From: a virus
Taxonomy: Duplodnaviria; Caudoviricetes
Strand: one strand, 5' to 3'
IMG/VR virus record: IMGVR_UViG_3300048858_000103
Location: 1 to 46,637 of that record
DNA length: 46,637 nt
In this document: positions 8,478 through 16,379 of the stretch, piece by piece
How the letters are laid out: each line of letters opens with the position of its first letter
Numbering within the stretch: position 1 is the stretch's first letter
The notes under the pieces: model-generated
Seen by the model: only the letters and a program-made list of their open reading frames with translations
Database searches by the model: none
Told to the model about the DNA's origin: nothing
Translations under genes and position numbers: made by a program

Positions 8478-8884
8478 AGCTCGGCATCCTCCGCGTCCTG
8501 CTCAAGCCCGGCCTCGGCGTGGGGCCTGACCATCTCCTGAGCGATCTGGTGCAGCACACCAAGAGAGTGATCCGTGGGCCCCAGGAGGCGCCGGGCCATT
8601 GACTGACGACCAACCCCGCCCATGGCGGCTATCACCAACTGGGCGAAGTTCAGATCGTCATCCTGATCCAGCCGGCAGGTCAGGTGTTCCTGAACCCGCA
8701 GCAGGAAGTCGCCGTACTTCACGGTTGCCACGTGCCAGCCGCGGCGCCGGATCACGACATCCGCGCCCATGGCCAGCTGCTCGGCCGCGTTTTCGATCCA
8801 GCGCTGCAAGGCTTCCTGGTGCGCGCTGTCGTCCGCCGGTTCGGCGTAGTCATAGCGCTCTTGTGCTAACTGCAATGCGTTCAT
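8474..8884 (-). CDS. Phage hypothetical protein
   Basis: MNALQLAQERYD start with GGAGG RBS. Confidence 0.75.
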   Translation of the reverse strand: MNALQLAQERYDYAEPADDSAHQEALQRWIENAAEQLAMGADVVIRRRGWHVATVKYGDFLLRVQEHLTCRLDQDDDLNFAQLVIAAMGGVGRQSMARRLLGPTDHSLGVLHQIAQEMVRPHAEAGLEQDAEDAEL

Positions 8885-8905
8885 GGGCGCCTCCGTAGCG
8901 CTGGG

Positions 8906-9154
8906 TTATTCGGTTGGCCGGGTTGGTGGCTCCGGCAATTCCTGCCAGTGGGTAACAGCCTCCTCTGGCCGCCCATGAACACGGAAGCAGCCTATGTCGA
9001 CGTCGTAGTAGCCAAGGCGAATGCCCCATGCCCGGCCCTGCCGACACTCGTCGTCAAGCAGATCGCAATGCCCCATCAGGAAGAGCAGCACCTGTGGGCT
9101 ATCGAAGCCTTGTTCTCCGGGCAGCCTCTCGCTGCACTTAATCCATTCGCTCAT
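8906..9154 (-). CDS. DUF551-like phage protein
   Basis: MSEWIKCSERLP ... VTHWQELPEPP signature; GAGG RBS. Confidence 0.8.
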   Translation of the reverse strand: MSEWIKCSERLPGEQGFDSPQVLLFLMGHCDLLDDECRQGRAWGIRLGYYDVDIGCFRVHGRPEEAVTHWQELPEPPTRPTE

Positions 9155-9170
9155 TGCTATGTCCTCTGAA

Positions 9171-9825
9171 CCGCATCGGCCAGACGCCAGGCGCGAGGTG
9201 ACCAAGCCCAGCCGTGAGCTGGCCTGGCGTCTGCCGATGCGGTCGTAAGTGGGGAAGGGGTGCCGGTCTTTCCCGGCTGTCATCCAGTCCTCGGCACTGG
9301 CGCCGCTCCGTGCCCGCCGCTAATTGCAGGTCGTGAGTCTCCGGTGGTTTGGGCGGCGAGCTTCCTCCCCATGGCGGCAATCAGCATCTGTTCGCCATGG
9401 ATCGCAGGTCCTATACAACATGCACGCTACAGCTCTGGTGCCCGGGTAGGTGGGGCAGGGTGCATGAGGTCCGGCGCCCCTCAATGCCGAAGCTCAGGGC
9501 GCTAATTCGATTCGGTGTTTCAGGCCGGTGTTACTCGCCACCTCCGGCTGGGCGATTGCTTGATCACTGCTTCCCGCTGTCCCGGTGCATCCGCCCGTTC
9601 TAAGGGCATCCGGCAGGGAGCGCTGGCAGTGCAACCCCGGGGCCCGCCTTGCGCTTTCATGGAGGGAGCGCGCCGCATGGCTTTGAGCTGGCCAGTTCCA
9701 GAGCTGGCATGGGATCGACTATTTGTTGCTCGCCCTTACCGGTTGCCCGGGGTAGTCGGTCGCGAGGATCTTGGCGGGGGTAAAGAGCGAGGGCCTCGTT
9801 AGGCCCTGCCACATCGCTGCGGCTT
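9171..9825 (-). ncRNA. Long structured non-coding leader of the pL transcript
   Basis: No credible ORF; series of inverted repeats (9171-9242, 9262-9277, 9369-9400, 9419-9446, 9474-9502, 9713-9766). Confidence 0.45.
9780..9789 (-). promoter_or_regulatory. boxA-like antitermination element
   Basis: CGCTCTTTAC just downstream of pL, resembling lambdoid boxA. Confidence 0.6.
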
Positions 9826-9832
9826 GAGACGA

Positions 9833-9885
9833 ACAATACGATAGTGAATTAGATGGCGCAAGCTTTTTTAATTCGGAAGTGAATA
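9833..9885 (-). promoter_or_regulatory. pL promoter and oL operators
   Basis: TTGCGC-17bp-TATTGT (9861 to 9833); operator-like AATACGATAGTGAATT (9835-9850) and AATTCGGAAGTGAATA (9870-9885). Confidence 0.7.
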
Positions 9886-9900
9886 GTTTGAGGCGCAGAC

Positions 9901-9927
9901 ACAAAAAAGCCCGCTCAGTGGCGGGCT
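9901..9927 (-). terminator. Intrinsic terminator ending the cI/cargo transcript
   Basis: AGCCCGC-CACTGA-GCGGGCT followed by a T-tract on the minus strand. Confidence 0.8.
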
Positions 9928-9961
9928 CATGGGGAGGTGGGCAGATCCAGGCGGCCAGGCT

Positions 9962-10093
9962 TTACTGGCAGGTGCCGCCTTTGTGATGCGAGCCGGTACC
10001 ACCAACCGGGTGCGTACCCCTGGGGCAGGCGTTGGCTGATGCAGCGATGATTGAGAGCAGACTGACAAGCGTGTAAGCGATGAGCTTCTTCAT
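9962..10093 (-). CDS. 43-aa secreted peptide with two Cys (not in supplied ORF track)
   Basis: GGAGG RBS; MKKLIAYTLVSLLSIIAASANA|CPRGTHPVGGTGSHHKGGTCQ: Sec signal with ANA cleavage motif. Confidence 0.7.
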   Translation of the reverse strand: MKKLIAYTLVSLLSIIAASANACPRGTHPVGGTGSHHKGGTCQ

Positions 10094-10240
10094 GGTTCCT
10101 CCAGGGGCTATAGGTCCAGGAGGCTATCGGCCTGGCAGACCTGGGCTTTAGCGGAGGAATTGCAGGCAAAAGAAAACCCGCCGGGGCAAATCACTGGGGT
10201 AGGGGAGCAGAAACGACGAAGGGCACAAGCAGGGCTTGGC

Positions 10241-10681
10241 CTAGTTCTTGTCCCGCCAATCTAGTGCGATTCGGGAGAGGTATCTCATGATGGTCCGGTC
10301 CCTGCTCTTATCATGGGCGTTAGGCCACAAGAACGCTAAGAGCAGATATCTATTTTCCTCAAGCTCTCCTGGCACGTAGATCAGCGCAGCGTCTTCGCCA
10401 GGTCTGCCCAAGGCACATTTACGCTGTTGGCGGGGAACCCCAGCGGGAAATCTAGCTGGTGGGATCTTGATATGGATATGCATTAGACAGGCCTGCACAG
10501 CTTGAGGAGGCTGCATGTAGGCGTCGTCTTTCCCGAAGATACTTGGCAGGTAGAAGCGATCCGATTCTACGTATCGAAGGAATTCAGACCTAAGAATGCT
10601 CGACAGGCCGGGGTGCTGGACGTCTGCTGGAGCGAAAAATTCTGAGAATGTCCCTTTGTGCCAGAAAACCTCAACTGCCAT
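10241..10681 (-). CDS. yafO: YafO-family type II toxin (mRNA interferase-like)
   Basis: LPSIFGKDDAY, LMHIHI, DAALIY, YLLLAFLWPNAH pattern of YafO-like toxins. Confidence 0.7.
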   Translation of the reverse strand: MAVEVFWHKGTFSEFFAPADVQHPGLSSILRSEFLRYVESDRFYLPSIFGKDDAYMQPPQAVQACLMHIHIKIPPARFPAGVPRQQRKCALGRPGEDAALIYVPGELEENRYLLLAFLWPNAHDKSRDRTIMRYLSRIALDWRDKN

Positions 10682-10689
10682 GTAATCCC

Positions 10690-11193
10690 TTAGGCGATAA
10701 CGCCGAGCCTTTTGGTCGTGTGGTCGGCAAGGTATTTCAGAGCCTGAGGAGAAGCGGCCGTTTCGAATTCTTCATAGGCGGCGAAAAATTGCTTGTAAAA
10801 ATTATCAAGCATAGCCAAGCGAGATCGTGTCTTGGCGATAGCGCGACGCAACCCAAGGTGATCAGCCATGAGTTCATTCGGCACGGCAGCCGACTTCAGC
10901 GAAGCTTCAAGGGTGCGGACGGCGCTGAGTAGCTCAATATTCCTGAGAAACCGTTCGTCATCAAAAACGTTGGCTGTATACGCTGCCTTGACGGCTTCAG
11001 AATAGATAAGGTCGAGTTCCAGCCACCCTCTCGTAAGCCCCGAAATAGTCGAGCGCAGGTCTCGAACCTTCGGGTGCTTATAGAAGCTCTCATGGGGTGC
11101 CGCTGCACCAGCGTGCGATTGGGCCGCAGAGTAGTCACCTACCAAGGCTAACGCAGTGACTATCAAAGTCGCGGCTGTTGCTTTGATGGACAT
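10690..11193 (-). CDS. Helical partner protein upstream of YafO-like toxin (putative antitoxin/sensor)
   Basis: GGGAGGT RBS before MSIKATAA; 8 bp from the toxin start; hydrophobic N-terminus. Confidence 0.7.
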   Translation of the reverse strand: MSIKATAATLIVTALALVGDYSAAQSHAGAAAPHESFYKHPKVRDLRSTISGLTRGWLELDLIYSEAVKAAYTANVFDDERFLRNIELLSAVRTLEASLKSAAVPNELMADHLGLRRAIAKTRSRLAMLDNFYKQFFAAYEEFETAASPQALKYLADHTTKRLGVIA

Positions 11194-11239
11194 GATGACC
11201 TCCCTGGGGCGAAGAATTTTGCTGTGAAACCGGACGGCG

Positions 11240-11267
11240 ATTATGAGCGTGACGCAAATCAAGTCAA
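11240..11267 (-). promoter_or_regulatory. Sigma70-like promoter of the toxin cassette
   Basis: TTGACT-16bp-CATAAT about 45 bp upstream of the 11193 start. Confidence 0.6.
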
Positions 11268-11459
11268 CACGAATTTTCGCGCCACGAAATGCAAACCGAC
11301 AAAACGTGGCGCGCACGCATAGCGTAGGACAAAACGGAATCCTTATGCGTTCCAGTCGATGAAATCTAACGATGGTGCCGATTGCAATTGATTTCAACGC
11401 CCTATGCCAAGGCTATCGGCCGAATGGAGATAAAGGTGAGGCAGCATCATACGCACCCC

Positions 11460-11546
11460 TCACCCCAGCACCGCCCGCGGCCACTTCGCATCCACGACCT
11501 TGCCAACGATCTGCCAGGAGCGGTCTAGCTCAACCGTGTGGAGGGC
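11460..11546 (-). pseudogene. Second S24-repressor C-terminal segment in frame after the cI stop
   Basis: ALHTVELDRSWQIVGKVVDAKWPRAVLG* aligns with the cI end YKMIPIDDSVVIVGRVVDVKYPVSFL*. Confidence 0.6.
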
Positions 11547-12188
11547 TCAAAGGAAGGAGACAGGGTACTTCACGTCGACAACCCTTCCCACGATAACCAC
11601 CGAATCGTCTATCGGGATCATCTTGTAGTCAGGGTTCAGGGGTTTCAGGTACGCCATGCCGGCGTCTCGCACGTACTGCTTGAGGGTCGTCTCGCCCGTG
11701 GTAAGCAGCAGAGCGATGTAGAACTTCCCGCTCACCAGGTCGAAGCCTTCAGGCTGCACAAGCACGCGCATGCCAGGGGTGAAGCCGTTCCCTTGCCTCG
11801 GGGTCATCGAATCGCCCTGCACTTCGAGCCAGTATCCGTGCTCACCTGCGTACTCATTCGACGCGAGCATTTCGGTATTCGGCCCGACCTCGCAAGACTC
11901 AGCCCAGGCACCTGCAGCTATCCAACTGATCACCGGGTACTCCTTCGCTTCCCTGTGTGGATAGGGAACAGATACCACATTCCCATGGCTAGATCCAAAA
12001 AGTAACCACTCCGGCGTTACCCCTAAAGCGCGCGCCAGCTTCTCTACCGTGGGCTTTCTAGGGGTCTTGCTATCTCCGTGCAAGATCCGATGGATGGTGG
12101 GCTGCGGCACGCCGGCCCGGCGCCCGAGCTCGTTCTCGGACAGGGCTTTTTCGGTCATCTTTGTGCGCAGGCGTTGCGCGATCGTCAT
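11547..12188 (-). CDS. cI: CI-like repressor (HTH-XRE plus S24 peptidase)
   Basis: HTH LSENELGRRAGVPQPTIHRI; IAAGAW Ala-Gly cleavage site; VQGDSM serine; TTLKQY lysine. Confidence 0.93.
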   Translation of the reverse strand: MTIAQRLRTKMTEKALSENELGRRAGVPQPTIHRILHGDSKTPRKPTVEKLARALGVTPEWLLFGSSHGNVVSVPYPHREAKEYPVISWIAAGAWAESCEVGPNTEMLASNEYAGEHGYWLEVQGDSMTPRQGNGFTPGMRVLVQPEGFDLVSGKFYIALLLTTGETTLKQYVRDAGMAYLKPLNPDYKMIPIDDSVVIVGRVVDVKYPVSFL

Positions 12189-12225
12189 AACTTCGACCCG
12201 GCGTATGAAAGGAGGGCGAAGTGTA

Positions 12226-12277
12226 TTGCCTGTGCTAATTCGGTAGCGTATTATCATGGCTAATTACAAACCGCATT
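12226..12277 (+). promoter_or_regulatory. pR promoter and oR operators
   Basis: TTGCCT-17bp-TATTAT; AATTCGGTAGCGTATT (12237-12252) matches the oL sites. Confidence 0.7.
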
Positions 12278-12287
12278 GGTGGACCAG

Positions 12288-12479
12288 ATGACCATCGCAG
12301 AGATGTTGGCCGATTTGGCTGATCAGGGCTGGAGCCAGGCCCGCATTGCCGAACAGTGCGGAACGACCCAGCCAACGATTTTCCGCATCACCAAGGGTGG
12401 TGACACCCGATACGAAGTAGGCAAGGCCATCGAAACGCTTCACAGGAAAGTTTCGAGAGCGAAGCGGAAGGCCGCTTAA
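12288..12479 (+). CDS. cro: Cro-like HTH regulator
   Basis: WSQARIAEQCGTTQPTIFRI HTH, divergent from cI. Confidence 0.85.
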   Translation: MTIAEMLADLADQGWSQARIAEQCGTTQPTIFRITKGGDTRYEVGKAIETLHRKVSRAKRKAA

Positions 12480-12508
12480 CCCCCTTATAACCTAGGAGCA
12501 GCAACAGC

Positions 12509-12709
12509 ATGTACCAAGACCCCAGTCAGAAACGCGCCATCCCGGTGAAGGTTCGATTCGAACCGGTTCTTGACCGGATTCTTCGAAAAGCCGCCACCAA
12601 GACGCGCATGCAGCACGCCACCTATCTCTACGAAATCATCGAGTGGGCAGTGGCCAACGGCGTCATTGAAGAACTTCTGCAGGACCAGAAACAAGATATC
12701 GCGGGCTGA
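12509..12709 (+). CDS. Small regulator at the CII position
   Basis: AGGAG RBS; VKVRF strand plus helices (ribbon-helix-helix-like); follows cro. Confidence 0.65.
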   Translation: MYQDPSQKRAIPVKVRFEPVLDRILRKAATKTRMQHATYLYEIIEWAVANGVIEELLQDQKQDIAG

Positions 12710-12728
12710 AGCCCCTTTGGAGGGCCGA

Positions 12729-12938
12729 ATGCAGTTTGAAAAACACAGGCTGTCGGCTGAAACCAGGCGGCAGCTTGAGGCGTTGGAGTCAGCGGACGGA
12801 GATCTTAGTTCCGCGCTCAACAAGATCCTCGAAGGTGCCATTTCCGAAGGTGCGCTCTCGGAAGTAGGCAGGAAGAAGGCAAAGGTCCTTCAGTTGGTGC
12901 CCCTCAAAAGGCCCTCTGAGAGGGGCTCTTCAGGGTAG
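12729..12938 (+). CDS. Phage hypothetical protein
   Basis: GGAGG RBS before MQFEKHRLS. Confidence 0.6.
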   Translation: MQFEKHRLSAETRRQLEALESADGDLSSALNKILEGAISEGALSEVGRKKAKVLQLVPLKRPSERGSSG

Positions 12939-12965
12939 GGCAGAGGCCCTCACCGAAATCCAGAC

Positions 12966-12993
12966 ACAAAAAAGCCACCGGGCAAGGGTGGCT
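12966..12993 (-). terminator. Antisense-oriented intrinsic terminator between cII-like genes and O
   Basis: AGCCACC-CTTGCCC-GGTGGCT then TTTTTGTG on the minus strand. Confidence 0.55.
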
Positions 12994-13023
12994 AATTCGC
13001 TGAAGCAGTTGACGAGGAAGATT

Positions 13024-13797
13024 ATGACCACAGTCGTTTCAATTGACAAGTCCAGGGGGTTCACCCGGATGGACAATGACCTGTACGAGGCCCTGATTGG
13101 GGCCGAGCTTTCCGGCAGGGAGCTTCGGGTTGCCTTGGCAATCCATCGAATGACCGCAGGCTTCAACGTAGAAAGCACTCGCGTAGCAGCGTCCTACATC
13201 GCTGAGATGTCCGGTATCCACCGCGAAGACGTGTCGCGGGCAATCAGTGAGCTTCTTCGTCAGCGCGTCCTGGTACGCGATGGTGGGGCCCGTAGCCCGA
13301 TCGGTTTTGCACCTCTGAATCAGTGGGCAATCGACAAGAAAAACACCCACAAGAACAAGCCGAAAGAAGTGCCACAGTGTGGCGTTTCCACCACGTCCAA
13401 TGTGGCGTTTCTACCACACAATAAAGAAAGAAATACAAATACTACCTCTAACGAGGTAGTCGTCGCCGAGCAAGCCGATCGCAAGCCTCGGGCAAAATCC
13501 GATGCAGTGCCCGCTCAGGCAATCACCGACCTGTTCAACCAGATCTGTGTTGACCTCCCCAAAGTCGCCCTGCTGAACAACGCTCGCAAAGCTGCCATCC
13601 GGGCTCGCTGGAACGAGAACGCTGTACACCGTGACCTGGAGTTCTGGGCTGATTACTTCTCGACCGTACAGGCCTCCGCCTTCCTGACCGGCAAGGTCCC
13701 TGGCCGCAACGGTGGCAAATCCTTCCGCGCCAGCTTCGACTGGGTGATGGCCCCGACCAACTTCGCCAAGGTCGTCGAGGGTAATTACCATGCGTGA
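13024..13797 (+). CDS. Replication initiator, lambda O-like
   Basis: GFTRMDNDLYEAL...LSGRELRV N-terminal Phage_rep_O pattern; upstream of DnaB. Confidence 0.85.
   Translation: MTTVVSIDKSRGFTRMDNDLYEALIGAELSGRELRVALAIHRMTAGFNVESTRVAASYIAEMSGIHREDVSRAISELLRQRVLVRDGGARSPIGFAPLNQWAIDKKNTHKNKPKEVPQCGVSTTSNVAFLPHNKERNTNTTSNEVVVAEQADRKPRAKSDAVPAQAITDLFNQICVDLPKVALLNNARKAAIRARWNENAVHRDLEFWADYFSTVQASAFLTGKVPGRNGGKSFRASFDWVMAPTNFAKVVEGNYHA
13378..13443 (+). repeat. Putative replication origin: two 17-bp iterons plus A-rich tract
   Basis: TGTGGCGTTTCCACCAC (13378-13394) and TGTGGCGTTTCTACCAC (13401-13417) followed by ACAATAAAGAAAGAAATACAAAT within the O gene. Confidence 0.65.
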
Positions 13798-15166
13798 ACC
13801 CTACAGCCTCGAAGCTGAACACGGCTTGCTGGGCGCGATGCTTCAGCGCTCCGAACTGATCGACGTCCTGAGCGACGATCTGACCGCCGAGTCGTTCTAC
13901 TTTCCCGAAAACGCCCAGGTGTACAGCGCGATCAAGGCGCTGCGCTCAGCCCAGAAGGCCGTGGACTTCCTGACTGTCGGCGATCACATCGGCACCCTGG
14001 CCAACGGCGACGTAGCCATGGCCTATTGCGCAGAGATCGTGAATGGCACGCCCAGCGTAGCCAGCGCCGCCACGTACGCTCAAATTGTCCGTGACCGCGC
14101 GGTCGATCGTGCCCTGTATGCGCTCGGCCAGGAAGCGATGGACGTGGCCCAGGGTGAGCAGGACACCCAGACCAAGATCGCCGCGATTCAATCGGCAGCC
14201 ATGGCCATCGACAGCGGTCTTGATTCTGACGACATCGTGCGCGCCTCCGACGTGCTGGCCGAACAGGTCGAAGTCTGGGACGAGCGTCATGCCCGTCACG
14301 TTCGCGGTGACACCCTGATCGGCCTGTCCACCGGCCTTACCGACCTGGACGAGAAGATTGGGGGGCTTCAGCCCGAGCAACTGATCATCGTGGCCGGCCG
14401 CCCCGCCATGGGCAAAACCACCCTTGCCATGGGCTGGGCCCTGCACGCCGCACTGCACCAGAAGAAATCGGCGTTGATCATCAGCCTGGAAATGAGCAAG
14501 GGCCAGCTGATGGACCGGGCTGTCGCTTCCGAAGGCAAGATCCCGCTGAACCTGATGAAGAACGGTACTGCCTGCCAGAGCCATGGCCAGCAGATGCTCG
14601 CCGCCTCGAACCTGATCCGCCAGGCCAACCTGTTCTTCTCCGACAAGCCCGCCGCCACCATGGGTCGGATTCGTTCCGCCGCCCGGCGCCACAAGATGCG
14701 CTTCGGCCTGGACCTGCTGGTGATCGACTACCTCCAGCTGATGGAAGGCGAGGGCGGCAACCGCACCGAAGAAGTCAGCGGCATGAGCCGTGGCTGCAAG
14801 CTGCTGGCGCGTGAGCTGGGCATTCCGGTCGTGGTGCTAAGCCAGCTCTCCCGCAAATGCGAAGAGCGTCCGAACAAGCGGCCTATCCCTTCGGATCTGC
14901 GTGAATCGGGTGCGATCGAGCAGGACGCCGACGTGATCCTCTTCGTGTACCGCGACGAGGTTTACAACGAGCACTCCGAAGCCAAGGGCATCGCCGAAAT
15001 CATTGTGGGCAAGGGCCGGGACGTCGAGACCGGCACCGTAAAGGCTGCGTTCCTGGGCCAATACAACCGCTTCGAGAACCTGGCCGCTGGCTGGGTAGAG
15101 CCTCAGAAGCAGGAAACCAAACCAACCTCTCTCGCTGGCCGCCACTATGGGAAGGCCTACGCATGA
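13790..15166 (+). CDS. dnaB: Replicative DNA helicase, DnaB-like
   Basis: GRPAMGKT Walker A, VIDYLQL, LSQLSR, DLRESGAIEQDAD. Confidence 0.96.
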   Translation: MREPYSLEAEHGLLGAMLQRSELIDVLSDDLTAESFYFPENAQVYSAIKALRSAQKAVDFLTVGDHIGTLANGDVAMAYCAEIVNGTPSVASAATYAQIVRDRAVDRALYALGQEAMDVAQGEQDTQTKIAAIQSAAMAIDSGLDSDDIVRASDVLAEQVEVWDERHARHVRGDTLIGLSTGLTDLDEKIGGLQPEQLIIVAGRPAMGKTTLAMGWALHAALHQKKSALIISLEMSKGQLMDRAVASEGKIPLNLMKNGTACQSHGQQMLAASNLIRQANLFFSDKPAATMGRIRSAARRHKMRFGLDLLVIDYLQLMEGEGGNRTEEVSGMSRGCKLLARELGIPVVVLSQLSRKCEERPNKRPIPSDLRESGAIEQDADVILFVYRDEVYNEHSEAKGIAEIIVGKGRDVETGTVKAAFLGQYNRFENLAAGWVEPQKQETKPTSLAGRHYGKAYA

Positions 15167-15843
15167 ATAGCGCCAGCCAACCCCTAATGAGAGAACGCTC
15201 TCAACAAACGATATTCCGCCACCGCGGCTACCAGATGAGGTCGCATTCGGAAACCTGCTGGGCTGACGTAATGGACGTTCTCGGCATTGCCTGGGTGTAT
15301 GAGGTAAGGGCCATCAAAACCCGGCACGGCTGGTACTTGCCTGACTTCTACCTGCCGTTCGCTCAAATGTTCATCGAAGTGAAAGGGCCTTGTCCGACCC
15401 GGGTTGAGATCGAGAAGGCCCAGGACGCCGAACAGAGCACCGGTATCCCTGTGGTTTTCGCCTATGGGCGGCCTGAAATGCTCTGGGGTGAGCTGTTCCA
15501 CGGGGCTTTGTCCTATTACACCCCTCGCGGCGCGGCGACCTTCTCCACATGCGAAATCGGCAAGCTGGTGAAGCACTACCTCGGGTTGCACGCCTACGCC
15601 GCCTATATCACGGCAGGCGAGCACAAGCGCCGGCCACACGTGGTGCGCATTGGCGAGGCAGTCGAAGAGCTCGTTTCCAGCTGGCAGGACAGATCAGGTC
15701 ATGAAGCATTCATGCGGCAGATCCATGCGCCATTGAACGACGCCACGCTCCAGGCTCCCCGCCAGGCCTCCAAAGCCGAGTGGCTGCTGGCTGAATTTTC
15801 TACCCGGACTAGAAGCGCGAGTGTGCGCAAGGAAGTGGCGTGA
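15163..15843 (+). CDS. PD-(D/E)XK-like nuclease-domain protein
   Basis: YLPDFYLP...FIEVKG motif. Confidence 0.65.
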   Translation: MNSASQPLMRERSQQTIFRHRGYQMRSHSETCWADVMDVLGIAWVYEVRAIKTRHGWYLPDFYLPFAQMFIEVKGPCPTRVEIEKAQDAEQSTGIPVVFAYGRPEMLWGELFHGALSYYTPRGAATFSTCEIGKLVKHYLGLHAYAAYITAGEHKRRPHVVRIGEAVEELVSSWQDRSGHEAFMRQIHAPLNDATLQAPRQASKAEWLLAEFSTRTRSASVRKEVA

Positions 15844-16379
15844 TGACCGACCTACACGAAATGAAGCAGGCCGCCGAGGCTGGCAAGTGGGGGGAGCTGA
15901 AGCGGTTGGCTGAGGCTGCTACACCGGGTCCTTGGGAAGCACAGCCAGGCTATGCAATTGTGAGGCAAGCACACCCCGGTATGGGCTCGATTTGCGGTGC
16001 GCTTATTCAGGAGGATGCAAAGTTCATCGCCGCCTCCCACCCCGCCGCCGTGCTGGAGCTGATCGCCGAGAACGAGCGGCTGAGGGCTGACCTCTCCGGC
16101 GAAATGGACCACGCGCGGGACTTCAACATCGAGCACGAAGAGCTGAAGCATGAACGCGACCAGCTCAAGGCCGAGAACGACCGATTCCGTGAACTGATGG
16201 CCGCCGTCGCAAGGGAGAAGCCACGCAGTCTGTCCTATCCCCCTGGCAATGCCCCCGGTCACTCGCACGCCATCCCCGGGGTATGGGATTCGGACAACGG
16301 CGACAAGGCAGGCACCGAGTGCGGCTGGTGCAAGGTCTGGAATGCCGCAATGGCCATGGCCAAGGAGGCGCGGCCATGA
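15840..16379 (+). CDS. Ead/Ea22-like protein
   Basis: LKRLAEAATPGPW...DAKFIAASHPAAVLELIAENERL. Confidence 0.7.
   Translation: MMTDLHEMKQAAEAGKWGELKRLAEAATPGPWEAQPGYAIVRQAHPGMGSICGALIQEDAKFIAASHPAAVLELIAENERLRADLSGEMDHARDFNIEHEELKHERDQLKAENDRFRELMAAVAREKPRSLSYPPGNAPGHSHAIPGVWDSDNGDKAGTECGWCKVWNAAMAMAKEARP

Noticed and set aside
9713-9770. Pistol or hammerhead ribozyme identity for the pseudoknot
   Set aside because: CUCG...CGAG..AAAUAG superficially recalls pistol P1, but loop size and downstream conserved nucleotides do not fit; no CUGANGA/GAAA core
11194-11397. N-terminal extension of ORF 10690..11397
   Set aside because: Extension spans a predicted promoter; the RBS supports ATG at 11193
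12189-12257. Longer cI start at 12257
   Set aside because: Overlaps pR/oR; the HTH domain begins at MTIAQRL (12188)
9896-12976. 16-bp repeat CAGACACAAAAAAGCC at 9896 and 12961 as recombination sites
   Set aside because: Both are the U-tract flanks of terminators
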